64,000 nt of DNA from Spirochaetia bacterium (GCA_963675665.1 OY776510.1:896001-960000), one strand, 5' to 3'. Numbered from the stretch's first letter, positions 1 to 10,101 are shown. Notes: generated by a model from the letters alone, not told the origin. Numbers and translations: made by a program.

Positions 1-738
1 ATACCTGCAATAGATTTGATAGACGGAAAATGTGTAAGACTGACAAAGGGTGATTACGGAACTTCAAGAATTTATAATGATGATCCTCTGGAAACAGCAA
101 AAATGTTTGAAGCTTCCGGGGCAAAACGTATTCATATTGTCGATCTGGATGCCGCCCGGGGGGACGGAAACAACAGGTCCGTAATAAAAAAAATTAGGGC
201 AAACGTATCGTGCATCATTGAAACCGGCGGAGGAATACGTACTACGGATGACGTCAGAGAGCTTGTTGACTGCGGAATAACACGTATGATTGCCGGAACT
301 GTTCTGGTAAAAAAACCGGATTTGGTTGCCGGATGGATAGCAGAATTCGGTCGGTACTTCATCGCCGGGATTGATTCTCTTGACGGTGAAGTAAAAGTTT
401 CCGGCTGGGAAAAAGGGTCCGGGCTTAAAGATGCCGATCTTGCAAAAGCCTGCTCGGAAATGGGGATAATCAGTATCGTCTTTACAAATATAGCCAGAGA
501 CGGAATGCTCAGCGGCCCGGATTTGGAGAATACAATTAGAATAGCAACCCGGTCGGGCCTGCCGGTAATACTTTCAGGGGGAATAAGTTCGGCGGAAGAT
601 ATCAGGAGTGTGACGGAAAAAGGCAGGGACAGCGGAATTGCCGGCATTATTACAGGCAAAGCGATATACGAAGGCCGGATAGATATAAAATCAGTGATTA
701 CAGAATATCAGAGTGAAACCGGGAATACGGAGTGGTAA
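1..738 (+). CDS. hisA: HisA ProFAR isomerase (5' end lies outside the window)
   Basis: Frame open from base 1 (IPAIDLIDGKCVRL); motifs HIVDLDAA, GGGIR, TNIARDGMLSG, SGGISS, GKAIYEG. Confidence 0.95.
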   Translation: MPAIDLIDGKCVRLTKGDYGTSRIYNDDPLETAKMFEASGAKRIHIVDLDAARGDGNNRSVIKKIRANVSCIIETGGGIRTTDDVRELVDCGITRMIAGTVLVKKPDLVAGWIAEFGRYFIAGIDSLDGEVKVSGWEKGSGLKDADLAKACSEMGIISIVFTNIARDGMLSGPDLENTIRIATRSGLPVILSGGISSAEDIRSVTEKGRDSGIAGIITGKAIYEGRIDIKSVITEYQSETGNTEW

Positions 739-739
739 A

Positions 740-1288
740 ATGAGCAGCGGGATCAAGCCCTTTATAGTATTGAATGCCTCTGGTGGTGTTGAGACGGTAC
801 TTCAGACTAATGACAAAGGATATAAAAAAAGCATAGAGAACAGCCTGATCTGGGCTGTAAATTCCGAAACGGAACGCCTGCTGCCGGAAGACCGGTTAGG
901 CCGGGCCGGCGGGTTCCGGGAAAGACCCGGATGGTATGAGGCTGTAATTGCGGCGGATACTGATGGCGAAAGAGCAGAGCAGGACGAAAGAAAGCCTGCA
1001 GGCGGCGGCATTACAGATGGTAAATCAATAATTGAACGGCTTTATAATGTAATTGAGAAACGTAAAAAAGAAATGCCCGAGGGATCTTATACGACCCATC
1101 TGTTCAATTCGGGGGTATCAAAGATAAAGAAAAAAACGGGAGAGGAAGCAATAGAACTGCTTCTGGCTGAAGAACGGGGCGAAATTATCTATGAAGCGGC
1201 GGATCTTCTGTATCATCTGCTGGTTTTTCTTGCTGCCGTCGAAATCAAACCCGAAGATATTTTTAAAGAACTTGAGAGCAGGGAATAA
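740..1288 (+). CDS. hisE: Phosphoribosyl-ATP pyrophosphatase HisE with a degenerate HisI-like N-terminal region
   Basis: C-terminal PEGSYTTHLF...KKTGEEAIE...YEAADLLYHL; ATG at 740 right after the hisA stop. Confidence 0.9.
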   Translation: MSSGIKPFIVLNASGGVETVLQTNDKGYKKSIENSLIWAVNSETERLLPEDRLGRAGGFRERPGWYEAVIAADTDGERAEQDERKPAGGGITDGKSIIERLYNVIEKRKKEMPEGSYTTHLFNSGVSKIKKKTGEEAIELLLAEERGEIIYEAADLLYHLLVFLAAVEIKPEDIFKELESRE

Positions 1289-1320
1289 ATTCTGCTATAA
1301 TACAGGCGGAGGAATGAAAA

Positions 1321-1773
1321 ATGAGTAAAAAGGCTAAAATCAGCCTGCAGGAAATTACAGAAGACAGTTTGTCCGATATTCTTTCTCTTGAAGTTGCTGA
1401 AGAACAGAGACATCTTCTTACCAGCAACGCAAAATCAATTGCACAGGCCCATTTCTCAAGATTTTCCTGGATGAGGGCCATCTATGCCGATAACACAGCT
1501 GTAGGTTTCATACTTCTGTATCTGGATCCGGATACTCCCCATTATGAAATATGGAGATTTATGATAGACAAGGACTATCAGGGTTTGGGTTATGCCCGTG
1601 AAGCTATGGAGATGGTGATTGATTTTCTGAATAATCTTCCGGACTGCAACGAAATTTATCTTTGTTACGTTCCTGAAAAAGGAAATGCATCATGGTTTTT
1701 TAAGAGCCTCGGGTTTGTAGATACCGGCGAATTTCACGGTAATGAAAAGGAAATGAAACTGGAGCTTCTTTAA
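1321..1773 (+). CDS. GNAT N-acetyltransferase (spermidine/diamine acetyltransferase-like)
   Basis: RFMIDKDYQGLGY acetyl-CoA motif; GGAGG RBS upstream. Confidence 0.85.
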   Translation: MSKKAKISLQEITEDSLSDILSLEVAEEQRHLLTSNAKSIAQAHFSRFSWMRAIYADNTAVGFILLYLDPDTPHYEIWRFMIDKDYQGLGYAREAMEMVIDFLNNLPDCNEIYLCYVPEKGNASWFFKSLGFVDTGEFHGNEKEMKLELL

Positions 1774-1774
1774 A

Positions 1775-2257
1775 TTGAAGTTTCTTACCCTTTTTCGTCA
1801 TTCTTCAGCTGTCCATGATTCTTCATATCGGGATTTTGATCGTCCGCTGAGGGAGAAGGGCGTTGAAAAGACGCGACGCACAACCGAACTTATTATTAAA
1901 GCAGATGTGAAACCTGATTTTCTGATATCAAGTCCCGCGGCAAGAGCGCTTGAGACCGCAGAATTGTTTGCTTCGTTCTCAGGATACGGGTTTACTCCGG
2001 ACAGCATTCAGCTGGATGAAAGGTTGTATCTCCCGTCGCCGGGAGATATTCTGGATTGCGTCAGGAATCTCGATGACTGTTATTCGGATGTTTTTCTTTT
2101 TTCTCATAATAACGGAATCAGCTGGGCCGCACAGGAATTCTGCAATGATCCGGGGATAATCATGCCTACGGGCGCAGCGGTCAGAATAAGCTTCAATAAG
2201 GATTCATGGTTTGATATAATCTTCGGCAGCGGAATAAAGACCGGCTTTTTCCCCTGA
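1775..2257 (+). CDS. sixA: SixA-like phosphohistidine phosphatase
   Basis: LFRHSSA, DFDRPL, SSPAARALETA, SHNNG motifs. Confidence 0.85.
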   Translation: MKFLTLFRHSSAVHDSSYRDFDRPLREKGVEKTRRTTELIIKADVKPDFLISSPAARALETAELFASFSGYGFTPDSIQLDERLYLPSPGDILDCVRNLDDCYSDVFLFSHNNGISWAAQEFCNDPGIIMPTGAAVRISFNKDSWFDIIFGSGIKTGFFP

Positions 2258-3193
2258 GTCAGCATCCGCATCAGGTTTTCCGCAGGATTCGACGGAGCCT
2301 TCCCGCGCCAGATCTATTTCGAGGTCCGGATATGCCGATGCTTCATTTTTCCGGTAACCCTCCAGGAGATTTTCCAGTTCTGTGTCGGAACGTTCCATGG
2401 CATGGTGAAAGAACAGCAGTTTTTTAACTTTGTTTTCGCCCGCAGTTTTAATAGCCCTTTCAAATGATGTATGGCCCCAGCCCCTGTATTTGGACATCAG
2501 ATCCGCTTCGGTGTACTGGCTGTCATGAACAAGGATATCAGACCCGGCAAGAAAATTGCCAATTTCTTCATTTGCCTCTTCAGCAGCAATTCTGCCTTCG
2601 GTAGCGGCAAATTCATCATATGACGGATCCTCCGGATTTTCGGGAAACAGGTTGAAAAAGGGTTCAGTGTCATAGGCGGTGCTTACAACGGCGCCGTTAT
2701 GTTCAAAACGGTATCCGAGCGTCAGAATCGGGTGGTTCAGATAATGTGTAGAAATTTTTAGATCACCTGATATAAATTCCGTTTGCTGTAAATGATGATA
2801 ATTCATTTTGGCGCTTAATTCGGAATGCTTAACCGGAAAATACCTGTATGAAAACTGGTCCGATATAATCTTCTCAAGTCCTTCTTCTTCATAAGTCACC
2901 GGACCGTAAATGTCGATTTTAAACCCAGGAATGTAAATCGGGGTGAAATAAGGAAGCCCCATTATGTGATCCGAATGTGTATGCGTAAGAAAAATCCTGA
3001 TCTGTTTCGGGCAGTTGCCTGATTTCATAAGATGATTGCCCAGCAGCCTTATGCCTGACCCGGCGTCAATTATAATCAATTCATCGTCTTTTCCATAACG
3101 AAGTTCAAGGCAGGCGGTATTTCCGCCGATTCTGACCGTATCAGGGCCGGGACAGGGTGTAGAACCGCGAACGCCCCAGAATTTAACTTTCAT
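2204..3193 (-). CDS. MBL-fold metallo-hydrolase
   Basis: FWGVRGS start, THTHSDH metal motif, HDSQY, WGH, LFFHH. Confidence 0.9.
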   Translation of the reverse strand: MKVKFWGVRGSTPCPGPDTVRIGGNTACLELRYGKDDELIIIDAGSGIRLLGNHLMKSGNCPKQIRIFLTHTHSDHIMGLPYFTPIYIPGFKIDIYGPVTYEEEGLEKIISDQFSYRYFPVKHSELSAKMNYHHLQQTEFISGDLKISTHYLNHPILTLGYRFEHNGAVVSTAYDTEPFFNLFPENPEDPSYDEFAATEGRIAAEEANEEIGNFLAGSDILVHDSQYTEADLMSKYRGWGHTSFERAIKTAGENKVKKLLFFHHAMERSDTELENLLEGYRKNEASAYPDLEIDLAREGSVESCGKPDADADSGEKAGLYSAAEDYIKP

Positions 3194-3194
3194 T

Positions 3195-4052
3195 TCATCC
3201 TCCGGAAATTTTAAGGAATACACGGGCTTTTTCAATCTCTTCTTTGAAAACCGGGCTCATTGCTTCAAGATCTTCAAAACCTACGCCAAGCGCCTCATAT
3301 ATCCCGGCGGCGGGTTCTTCGGGGTATCTGTTTCCGGCAAAACCCCGTTCCAGGTATAACGACATGTAATCTGCTACAGCAACTGCATATACAAGCTGTT
3401 TGTTGTCACCTTTATATTCGGAAGTGGCGTGATGATAAGCCAGCGCATCCCTTATTCCGCCTTCGATTTTCCAGTGATCGGCGACAAGCGAGCCGACCGC
3501 CTGGTGGTCAAAACCGAAAAGTGATTCTTCAACCCGGTTTAAAGCAGTTTTATTCCTGTCCGAATTCGAGATGGCTGCAAGGTATTCCTGCGGATAACAA
3601 TTTGTAAACGGTATTTTGCCGATATCATGGAGCAGCCCGGCAATAAAGAATTCTTCATGCTGTTTGGGATCAATCCCTATTTTAACAGCTATCTTTTTCG
3701 CTATTACCCCGGCGCAGAGGGAATGTTCCCAAAAACCGTCCATATTCAGGATGTCGTTGCTTTTGCCTGCGGAGATACTGCCGAGAACAGCGGTACTTAA
3801 AGCAAGATTTTTTACCGTATTCAGGCCGAGCAGAATAATGGCCCTGACGAGGGATGTTATCTTGTTAGGCCGTCCGTAATATGCGGAATTGATAAGCTGC
3901 ATAACTTTTCCCATAATAACAGGATCAAGACCGACAACCTTATTAAGATCAGCCGGCGACGTAGCCGGATCATCACAGATCTCCATAACCCTGGTAACCG
4001 TAGTCGGCAGACTGGGCATTCTGTCAATAAACTTTTCAATCGTCTTTATCAT
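3195..4052 (-). CDS. HDOD domain protein
   Basis: MPSLP, DP, INSAYYG, FWEHS, AGLLHDIGK, DH..VG...W motifs. Confidence 0.9.
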   Translation of the reverse strand: MIKTIEKFIDRMPSLPTTVTRVMEICDDPATSPADLNKVVGLDPVIMGKVMQLINSAYYGRPNKITSLVRAIILLGLNTVKNLALSTAVLGSISAGKSNDILNMDGFWEHSLCAGVIAKKIAVKIGIDPKQHEEFFIAGLLHDIGKIPFTNCYPQEYLAAISNSDRNKTALNRVEESLFGFDHQAVGSLVADHWKIEGGIRDALAYHHATSEYKGDNKQLVYAVAVADYMSLYLERGFAGNRYPEEPAAGIYEALGVGFEDLEAMSPVFKEEIEKARVFLKISGG

Positions 4053-6432
4053 CCGGCTCTTCCTTTTTATAATCATCTAGCTTGTTGAGAATATTTTTCA
4101 GTCTGTCGCTCAGCGAATCGGCGATTCTGGAATCGGGAAGGGCCCTGGTCAGACCTGTCATGAAATTCAGGGTATTACCAATACGGTTGTTTGTCAATTT
4201 TACTTTCTGAACATCTGTTTTATTCGGAGCGGTTTCTTCCCTGCTGCTCTGAATGCGTGCGATAAGTCCGGGATCCCCGGCCATCTTGGCCTTTAGTGCT
4301 GCAAGTTTGAGTCTCATATCGCTTGATCGGTATTCGTCAAGCTTGTCCGAAGGCAGATATTTTGTCAGATTATCGAGATATCCGAAGATATTGTTTTCTT
4401 CTTCTACCGGTTCTTCCCGGGGTTCAACGTTTACAATTTCCTGCTCTTCCTCAATGTCCGGCTCCGGTTCGGGCTCCGGTTCGGGCTCCGGTTCGGGCGG
4501 AGGAGGTGCCTTCTGGATAACAATCGGCGGAGTTTCCAGTTTAATTGTCAGCGGACTGTTGAAATTCAACGGCATTGCCGGCTGCGGAGGAGGGGCCGGT
4601 TTTGATGAATCTACGGCCGGAGCCCCCGAAGGTGCTGCAGGTGCAGGCAAAGATTCAATTTCCTCGATTTTTTCAATTTCTTCCGGTTCCGGTTCTTCAT
4701 CCTCTTCCGGCGGCGGGATAAACTCATCCTCATCGGTTATGGTAAGTTCTTCTTCTTCTTCATCAAAAAGGATGACGGGATCAATTCCTCCGACATCAAG
4801 AATGGGTACGTATTCTCCGGCTATGTCCTGAAGCCCGTCAAGCATAAAACTTGCTTCTTCATGCTGCTGAATTGGCTCCATTGTTCTGGCAAGGGCTTTC
4901 AGATTTCTGTTCCAGCTGCTTCCGTATTCCCGGGCATACTGAACAGCCATTTCATCATAAAATTTCAGGTTTTCATTTAGTTCTTCAAGATCAAAATCCG
5001 TTTGGTCCTCATTGCCGGATGCGGCCAGTTTTTCAGCTGCCTGCAGCGCCTTTTCAGTTAATCCGGCTTCTTTTGCGGTTTCAGCAAACATCTGCAGGAG
5101 CTTGATGTCCTCAGGGGCCGCCGCAGAAAGTTTTTCAAGAATCGTTGCAGCTTTCCGGAAATTTTTATTTTCAATGTAAAGTTCAGCAAGCAAAAGTGCC
5201 GGCGCAAAATCTTCCGGACTGTTTTTATAGATGTATTCGCATTCTGTAATGGCTCCGTCTGTTTTGTTCAGCGACTTTAAAAGAAGTGCGAGCTGCAGTC
5301 TTGCATCATGAGCATCAGGATCAATATTAAGCCCTTTTCTGTATGTGTTTAAGGCCCGGTCCTTTTTTCCGCTGAGACTGAATTGTCTTGCCATTGCAAA
5401 CCATGCCCGGCTTTCATTTTGATTGCGGTCCAGGATATACCTGATAATAGAAAATGCCTCGTTATATTTTCCGGTTTCAAGCAGGATATTGCCAAGAAGA
5501 AGCCGCAGTTCCATGTTGTCGGGATCATTTTCCTGGTGTTCCCGCAGAAGTTTCTCCGCGGCAGGCAGGTTCTTAAGCGAATAATAAACTGCTGAAAGAT
5601 TAACAGCGGCCGGGGTGTAAAAAGGGTTGTCGGTAAGCAGTTCAGAAAAAATAATCTCTGCCTTGTCAGTGTCGCCGAGGTCGAAAGCAATTTCACCGGT
5701 TCTGCATTTTGCTTCAGGCGAACCGGGAGAAAGGTCAAGGACCTTTTGGTACAGACGCGATGCCTCGTCGGGATCTTTTTTCTGTAAAAGATCTCCAAGG
5801 TTTAAAAGACAATCTTCCCAACCGGGATTTATTTTTAATGCAGTCCTGTATTCCTTTTCGGCTTTTTTATCTTCCCCTCTTTTACGGTAAATGTTAGCCA
5901 GATTGAAATGAAGGCCGGGATTGTTCTCATCGATGGAAAGTCCCTGTGTCAGGATTTTTTCGGCCTCTTTATTTTTTCCGGCTTCGGACAAAAGAAGGGC
6001 AAGGTTGTTATATGTGGGAATAAAATCAGGTTTTTTCTCTATTGCCAGTCGGTAAATCTGTTCTGCCCTGGAAAGCTCTCCAAGCTGACGGTGAATGTTT
6101 CCGATATTATAGATTATATCCGCCCGGTCTCCGGCAAGCCTGTAGGCCTTCTGTGCGGTGTTAAGCGCTGTTTTCAATTTTCCGCGTTTCTGGTAAACAA
6201 GCGCAGAATCAATCAGGGTATCTACATTTTCAGGATCCTTCTGCAGCATGGTTTCAAAGACCTTTTGCGCGCTCTGAAGTTTTCCTTCCCGTACAAAAAT
6301 ACTGCCGAGAAGCAACTGACCGGAGGTGTTGTCCGGTTCTTTTTTTAATAATTTCATACACAGGCTTTCCGCCTGGCCCAAATCTCCGGTGAGAAGTGCG
6401 TATCGTGATCGGCTTAACAGGTCTTTGCTCAT
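4036..6432 (-). CDS. Tetratricopeptide repeat protein with acidic/Pro-rich C-terminal linker
   Basis: Many TPR-like 34-aa units (YNIGNIH, HFNLANIY, ALKINP) followed by PE repeats. Confidence 0.85.
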   Translation of the reverse strand: MSKDLLSRSRYALLTGDLGQAESLCMKLLKKEPDNTSGQLLLGSIFVREGKLQSAQKVFETMLQKDPENVDTLIDSALVYQKRGKLKTALNTAQKAYRLAGDRADIIYNIGNIHRQLGELSRAEQIYRLAIEKKPDFIPTYNNLALLLSEAGKNKEAEKILTQGLSIDENNPGLHFNLANIYRKRGEDKKAEKEYRTALKINPGWEDCLLNLGDLLQKKDPDEASRLYQKVLDLSPGSPEAKCRTGEIAFDLGDTDKAEIIFSELLTDNPFYTPAAVNLSAVYYSLKNLPAAEKLLREHQENDPDNMELRLLLGNILLETGKYNEAFSIIRYILDRNQNESRAWFAMARQFSLSGKKDRALNTYRKGLNIDPDAHDARLQLALLLKSLNKTDGAITECEYIYKNSPEDFAPALLLAELYIENKNFRKAATILEKLSAAAPEDIKLLQMFAETAKEAGLTEKALQAAEKLAASGNEDQTDFDLEELNENLKFYDEMAVQYAREYGSSWNRNLKALARTMEPIQQHEEASFMLDGLQDIAGEYVPILDVGGIDPVILFDEEEEELTITDEDEFIPPPEEDEEPEPEEIEKIEEIESLPAPAAPSGAPAVDSSKPAPPPQPAMPLNFNSPLTIKLETPPIVIQKAPPPPEPEPEPEPEPEPDIEEEQEIVNVEPREEPVEEENNIFGYLDNLTKYLPSDKLDEYRSSDMRLKLAALKAKMAGDPGLIARIQSSREETAPNKTDVQKVKLTNNRIGNTLNFMTGLTRALPDSRIADSLSDRLKNILNKLDDYKKEEPDDKDD

Positions 6433-6434
6433 TA

Positions 6435-7925
6435 TTATTCCCTGATTATTGCTGAAGGTCTTACACTGACTTCCCTTGAGAATATGCTTTCATGGGGTTC
6501 TTCAGCGTTGTCATATGAAGTTACAGTAAAATAGTATAATATGCCGTTTTTAAGTCCGTCAATTTCTATCGAAAGCGTTTTTCCCGCGTCAACAGGAGAC
6601 TCTCCGGCGGCAGCATCTTTCCCGAAGTAAATACCGGGTTTTGTTCCGTAATAAATACGGTAACCGGCAACATCAACGTCGGTGACGGAACTCCAGTTCA
6701 GAACAGCCTTGCCGTTTCCGGCTTTTGCAGAGAGATATGCCGGCGGCAGGGGCGGCAGGTTCTTCTCATAATTGATAGTCATACTTTTAAGCAGCGGCGA
6801 ATTAATTCCGGTTCCGTCCGGATACAGTTCAGCCATAATCTGGATGTATTTACCTTTTTCATCAGGTGATAGAATTTCTCCCGGTTCAAGCTGTTTCCAT
6901 TGCGGGTATTCGGCATCGGGATGGAAATATCTGTTTGATAGCCTGTAGAAGAAATGAATTTGGGTTTTTCCGGCATAAGTATAATCAGCATCAAGTTTCA
7001 GGAACCTTGAATCGGAATAATCAAGATCTATTATATCTGAAATGACAGTTCCGCTGTTCATGCTGAACCGGTTTAAATCCGGGCTGCTGAACTCGCCGGT
7101 TATCCTGAGTTCGTCAAGATAGCCTGTGTATCCCCGGCCGACCATGAAACGTGACGGTTTTGCCGCGCCGATAAGAGACGAATAAATTTCAGCCTGTTCC
7201 TTTCCTGTAGGAGTTGTATAAACCATGTCTTCCGGAACACCATCGATAAGATATTCCAGAAGTCCGATTGAACTGTCATAACGCAGCATGTGGTGATGCC
7301 ATCGCTTTGGAATAAGCGAACGAGATGATGTAAGGGTAAATTTTGTTTCACCCAGTTGCGGAGTCAGAAAAATATTAATGAAATCCCAAAACATATTTCG
7401 ATCGGAAATACCGCATAGAATCTCCTGCTGATATGTTTTACCCTGTGCAGATACGGCCCCCGTCCATTGAATAATGTGTTCTCCCTCTGAGAGTCTGGAA
7501 GGATTCAGCCAGAATTCAATACAAAAATCGGTGAGTTTCCCGCTTCCGGCAGCAAAAAGAGCAGTATCTGAAGGAATCAATTCAAGAAATGTATTATCTC
7601 CGGGAAAAACAGCAGACGCTTCTCCTTTACGCTTGATTTCATCAGAAAGCCGGACGCCCTGGTTCTGTTTGATTTTGTATAATCCTCCCTCATCGAAGAT
7701 GCTGCCGTTAAAATGAAACAGCATTTCTGTATCGGGTGTAACAGGGTATTCGTTGTCGGCCAGCTGAATTTCAGCACTGCCTGATTCTGTATTCAGACGG
7801 CTGTTCATCATGCTGATGCCGGACCAGCCGTCTTCACCGCCCAGAACGATCTCTTCGGAGAACAGCGGTTCCAGCAGTGAAAAAAATAATGAAATGATCA
7901 GAATATAAAAATTTATTTTACGCAT
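6435..7925 (-). CDS. Exported LamG-like jelly-roll plus fibronectin type III protein
   Basis: Signal peptide; FCIEFWLNP, WHH, GYLDELRI (LamG); VLNW..GYRIYYG..GLKNG..YYFTVT (FN3). Confidence 0.75.
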   Translation of the reverse strand: MRKINFYILIISLFFSLLEPLFSEEIVLGGEDGWSGISMMNSRLNTESGSAEIQLADNEYPVTPDTEMLFHFNGSIFDEGGLYKIKQNQGVRLSDEIKRKGEASAVFPGDNTFLELIPSDTALFAAGSGKLTDFCIEFWLNPSRLSEGEHIIQWTGAVSAQGKTYQQEILCGISDRNMFWDFINIFLTPQLGETKFTLTSSRSLIPKRWHHHMLRYDSSIGLLEYLIDGVPEDMVYTTPTGKEQAEIYSSLIGAAKPSRFMVGRGYTGYLDELRITGEFSSPDLNRFSMNSGTVISDIIDLDYSDSRFLKLDADYTYAGKTQIHFFYRLSNRYFHPDAEYPQWKQLEPGEILSPDEKGKYIQIMAELYPDGTGINSPLLKSMTINYEKNLPPLPPAYLSAKAGNGKAVLNWSSVTDVDVAGYRIYYGTKPGIYFGKDAAAGESPVDAGKTLSIEIDGLKNGILYYFTVTSYDNAEEPHESIFSREVSVRPSAIIRE

Positions 7926-8001
7926 AACTTCTTATTAATAATCGGATATTAATCTGTTTTTCAAAATTGTTTATTTTTAAAATTGGCTTTATATTAGGTT
8001 A

Positions 8002-9789
8002 ATGGACAAACTGAAAGAAGCCGTTTCCGAATTTCCGGAATCATCAGGCGTATATCTGATGAAAGATAAAACCGGGAAAATCATATATGTCGGAAAAGCC
8101 GTTAATCTGAAAAAAAGAGTAGGATCCTATTTTTTGAAAAATCGTGATCCGAAAACTTCAGTTCTTGTTTCAAAAATCTGCGAGATTGAAACGATTATAA
8201 CTGAATCAGAATATGAAGCGCTTCTTCTTGAGAACATACTGATAAAAAAATGGAATCCGAGATACAACATAAGGCTTAAAGACGGAAAAAGCTATCCTGT
8301 TGTCCGGGTAACAAATGAAGAGTTTCCAAGGGTGTTTAAAACCAGAAGAATTATCCGTGACGGGTCCAGGTATTTCGGTCCTTTCCCGTCGGCCGGGCTG
8401 TTATCGATTTATCTTGAAACAATTGAAAAGATGTTTCTGCTTCGGAAATGCAGGGGTGTTCTGAAGAAACGTGAAAACCCATGTCTTTATTACCATATAG
8501 GACGTTGCTCCGGGCCCTGCGTAGGCAGGATAACAGCTGAAGATTATGAAAAGATAATAAAAAAGGTGGAAGAGCTTCTCTCTGGTGATAATGAAAGTTT
8601 ATTAAAATGGCTGAAAGAAAATATGATGGAAGCCTCGGAATCCCGGGAATATGAGAAAGCGGCGGAATTCAGGGATGCATATCTGGCCGCGGAAGGGTTG
8701 ATAGATGAGTTTAATCAGAAAATTGTGGATTTCAACGAGTTGAGACGCGATTTTATAGCATTTTCATCTTTTGAGAATCTCTATACTTTTGCAGTCTTCC
8801 AGATGCGGGAAGGACGTCTTATCGGCCGGGATCTTTACCGAACGGAATTCGGAGCCTCGGATGAAGAAGCTCTCGAGCAGTTTTTTATTCAGTATTATTC
8901 CGAACAGCAGGAACTGCCCAATGAGATATATTTTTCCAGGCTGATAAGGCTGGAACTGATTAAAAATTTTTTCAGGAATGAGAAAAAAGCCGCTCCACAG
9001 TTGATTTACCCGGAGGAAGGCCAGAACAGATCCATTTTAAAAATGGCGGAAGAGAACGCGTTTCAGGATATTATGAAGCGAAAACGGCATGTAAAGAATG
9101 AAGAAGGCCTGAGGGCGTTAAAGGATGTTCTCGGTCTCAGTGTAATGCCCCGCAGAATCGAGGGCTTCGATATTGCACAACTGAACGGCAAATACCCGGC
9201 GGCATCGCTTGTTTCTTTCAAAGACGGAGTTCCGGATCGCAGGAATTACAGGCATTATCATATAAAAACTCTTGACGGCCGGATAGATGATTTCGCTTCA
9301 GTCAGGGAAGCCGTGACCAGGCGCTACACAAGGCTTTTAAATGAAAATCAGCCGATGCCCGATCTTATCCTTATAGACGGAGGGGCCGGCCAGGTCAGTG
9401 CCGCGAAAGGCGTTTTAACAGCCCTCGGTCTGGATTATATCCCCCTTGCCGGCCTTGCGAAACGCGATGAAGAAATATATCTCAGCGGCAGCAGCCGGCC
9501 GATTAACCTTCCCGAAGGAGATCCGGCGCTTCAGGTTCTGCAGTATGTACGCGATGAAACCCACCGGTTTGCAACAGGATTCAATAAAAAGATGCGGCAA
9601 AAAGACAGCCGGTTCTCTTTGCTTGAAAGTGTGCCGGGAATCGGCCCGGCTAAAAGCAGGCATTTGATTCGGAAATTCGGTTCTATTGAAGAGATGAAAA
9701 AGCAGGATATAGACAGCCTGCGTAAAGCTGCCGGATTAACCGAAGCTGCCGCTAAAGCCCTCATTGAAGAACTCGGGCACAGAAGCTGA
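8002..9789 (+). CDS. uvrC: Excinuclease ABC subunit C
   Basis: GVYLM..IIYVGKAVNL GIY-YIG domain, EGFDI, LILIDGG.GQ, VRDETHRFA, HhH PGIG. Confidence 0.97.
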   Translation: MDKLKEAVSEFPESSGVYLMKDKTGKIIYVGKAVNLKKRVGSYFLKNRDPKTSVLVSKICEIETIITESEYEALLLENILIKKWNPRYNIRLKDGKSYPVVRVTNEEFPRVFKTRRIIRDGSRYFGPFPSAGLLSIYLETIEKMFLLRKCRGVLKKRENPCLYYHIGRCSGPCVGRITAEDYEKIIKKVEELLSGDNESLLKWLKENMMEASESREYEKAAEFRDAYLAAEGLIDEFNQKIVDFNELRRDFIAFSSFENLYTFAVFQMREGRLIGRDLYRTEFGASDEEALEQFFIQYYSEQQELPNEIYFSRLIRLELIKNFFRNEKKAAPQLIYPEEGQNRSILKMAEENAFQDIMKRKRHVKNEEGLRALKDVLGLSVMPRRIEGFDIAQLNGKYPAASLVSFKDGVPDRRNYRHYHIKTLDGRIDDFASVREAVTRRYTRLLNENQPMPDLILIDGGAGQVSAAKGVLTALGLDYIPLAGLAKRDEEIYLSGSSRPINLPEGDPALQVLQYVRDETHRFATGFNKKMRQKDSRFSLLESVPGIGPAKSRHLIRKFGSIEEMKKQDIDSLRKAAGLTEAAAKALIEELGHRS

Positions 9790-9821
9790 TAAAAAGAATA
9801 ATAAAAATTAATCGAAAAAAA

Positions 9822-9850
9822 TTGACTTCCGGCAAATTATGTACTAAATT
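9822..9850 (+). promoter_or_regulatory. Sigma70-type promoter of a candidate sRNA
   Basis: TTGACT-17 bp-TAAATT with an A-rich upstream tract. Confidence 0.6.
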
Positions 9851-9856
9851 TATAAC

Positions 9857-10065
9857 AGATGAGGTAAACAAGCCGAGAGGCTTCCAAACTTGAATAAGGA
9901 GGAGCAGATGACTCCACCTAAAGGTAATCGCCGGTGCTGAGCCGGCGGAGAGAAACAAATATCAAAAAGGGTCTGTAATAGCCCCTATAAATCAGTGAGG
10001 ATTCAGTTGCCGCTTAGGGCGTCACTGAATTTTCTAAAGCCGGTAATCAGTCCGGCTTTTTTTTT
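9857..10065 (+). ncRNA. Candidate multi-hairpin small RNA of unknown family
   Basis: Own promoter and terminator, several hairpins, no substantial ORF. Confidence 0.5.
10036..10065 (+). terminator. Rho-independent terminator
   Basis: AAAGCCGG-taatcagt-CCGGCTTT followed by a T run. Confidence 0.85.
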
Positions 10066-10101
10066 GCCCAATTCGCTTTAACGTACTATAATAAAGCTGA
10101 A

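Noticed and set aside
4458-4500. 12-bp tandem repeat GGCTCCGGTTCG
   Set aside because: It simply encodes the Pro-Glu linker of the TPR protein
9860-9990. c-di-GMP-I riboswitch or 6S RNA
   Set aside because: GGTAAAC plus a GNRA stem is suggestive, but the GACGCAAA core is absent and I see no long 5'/3' rod pairing
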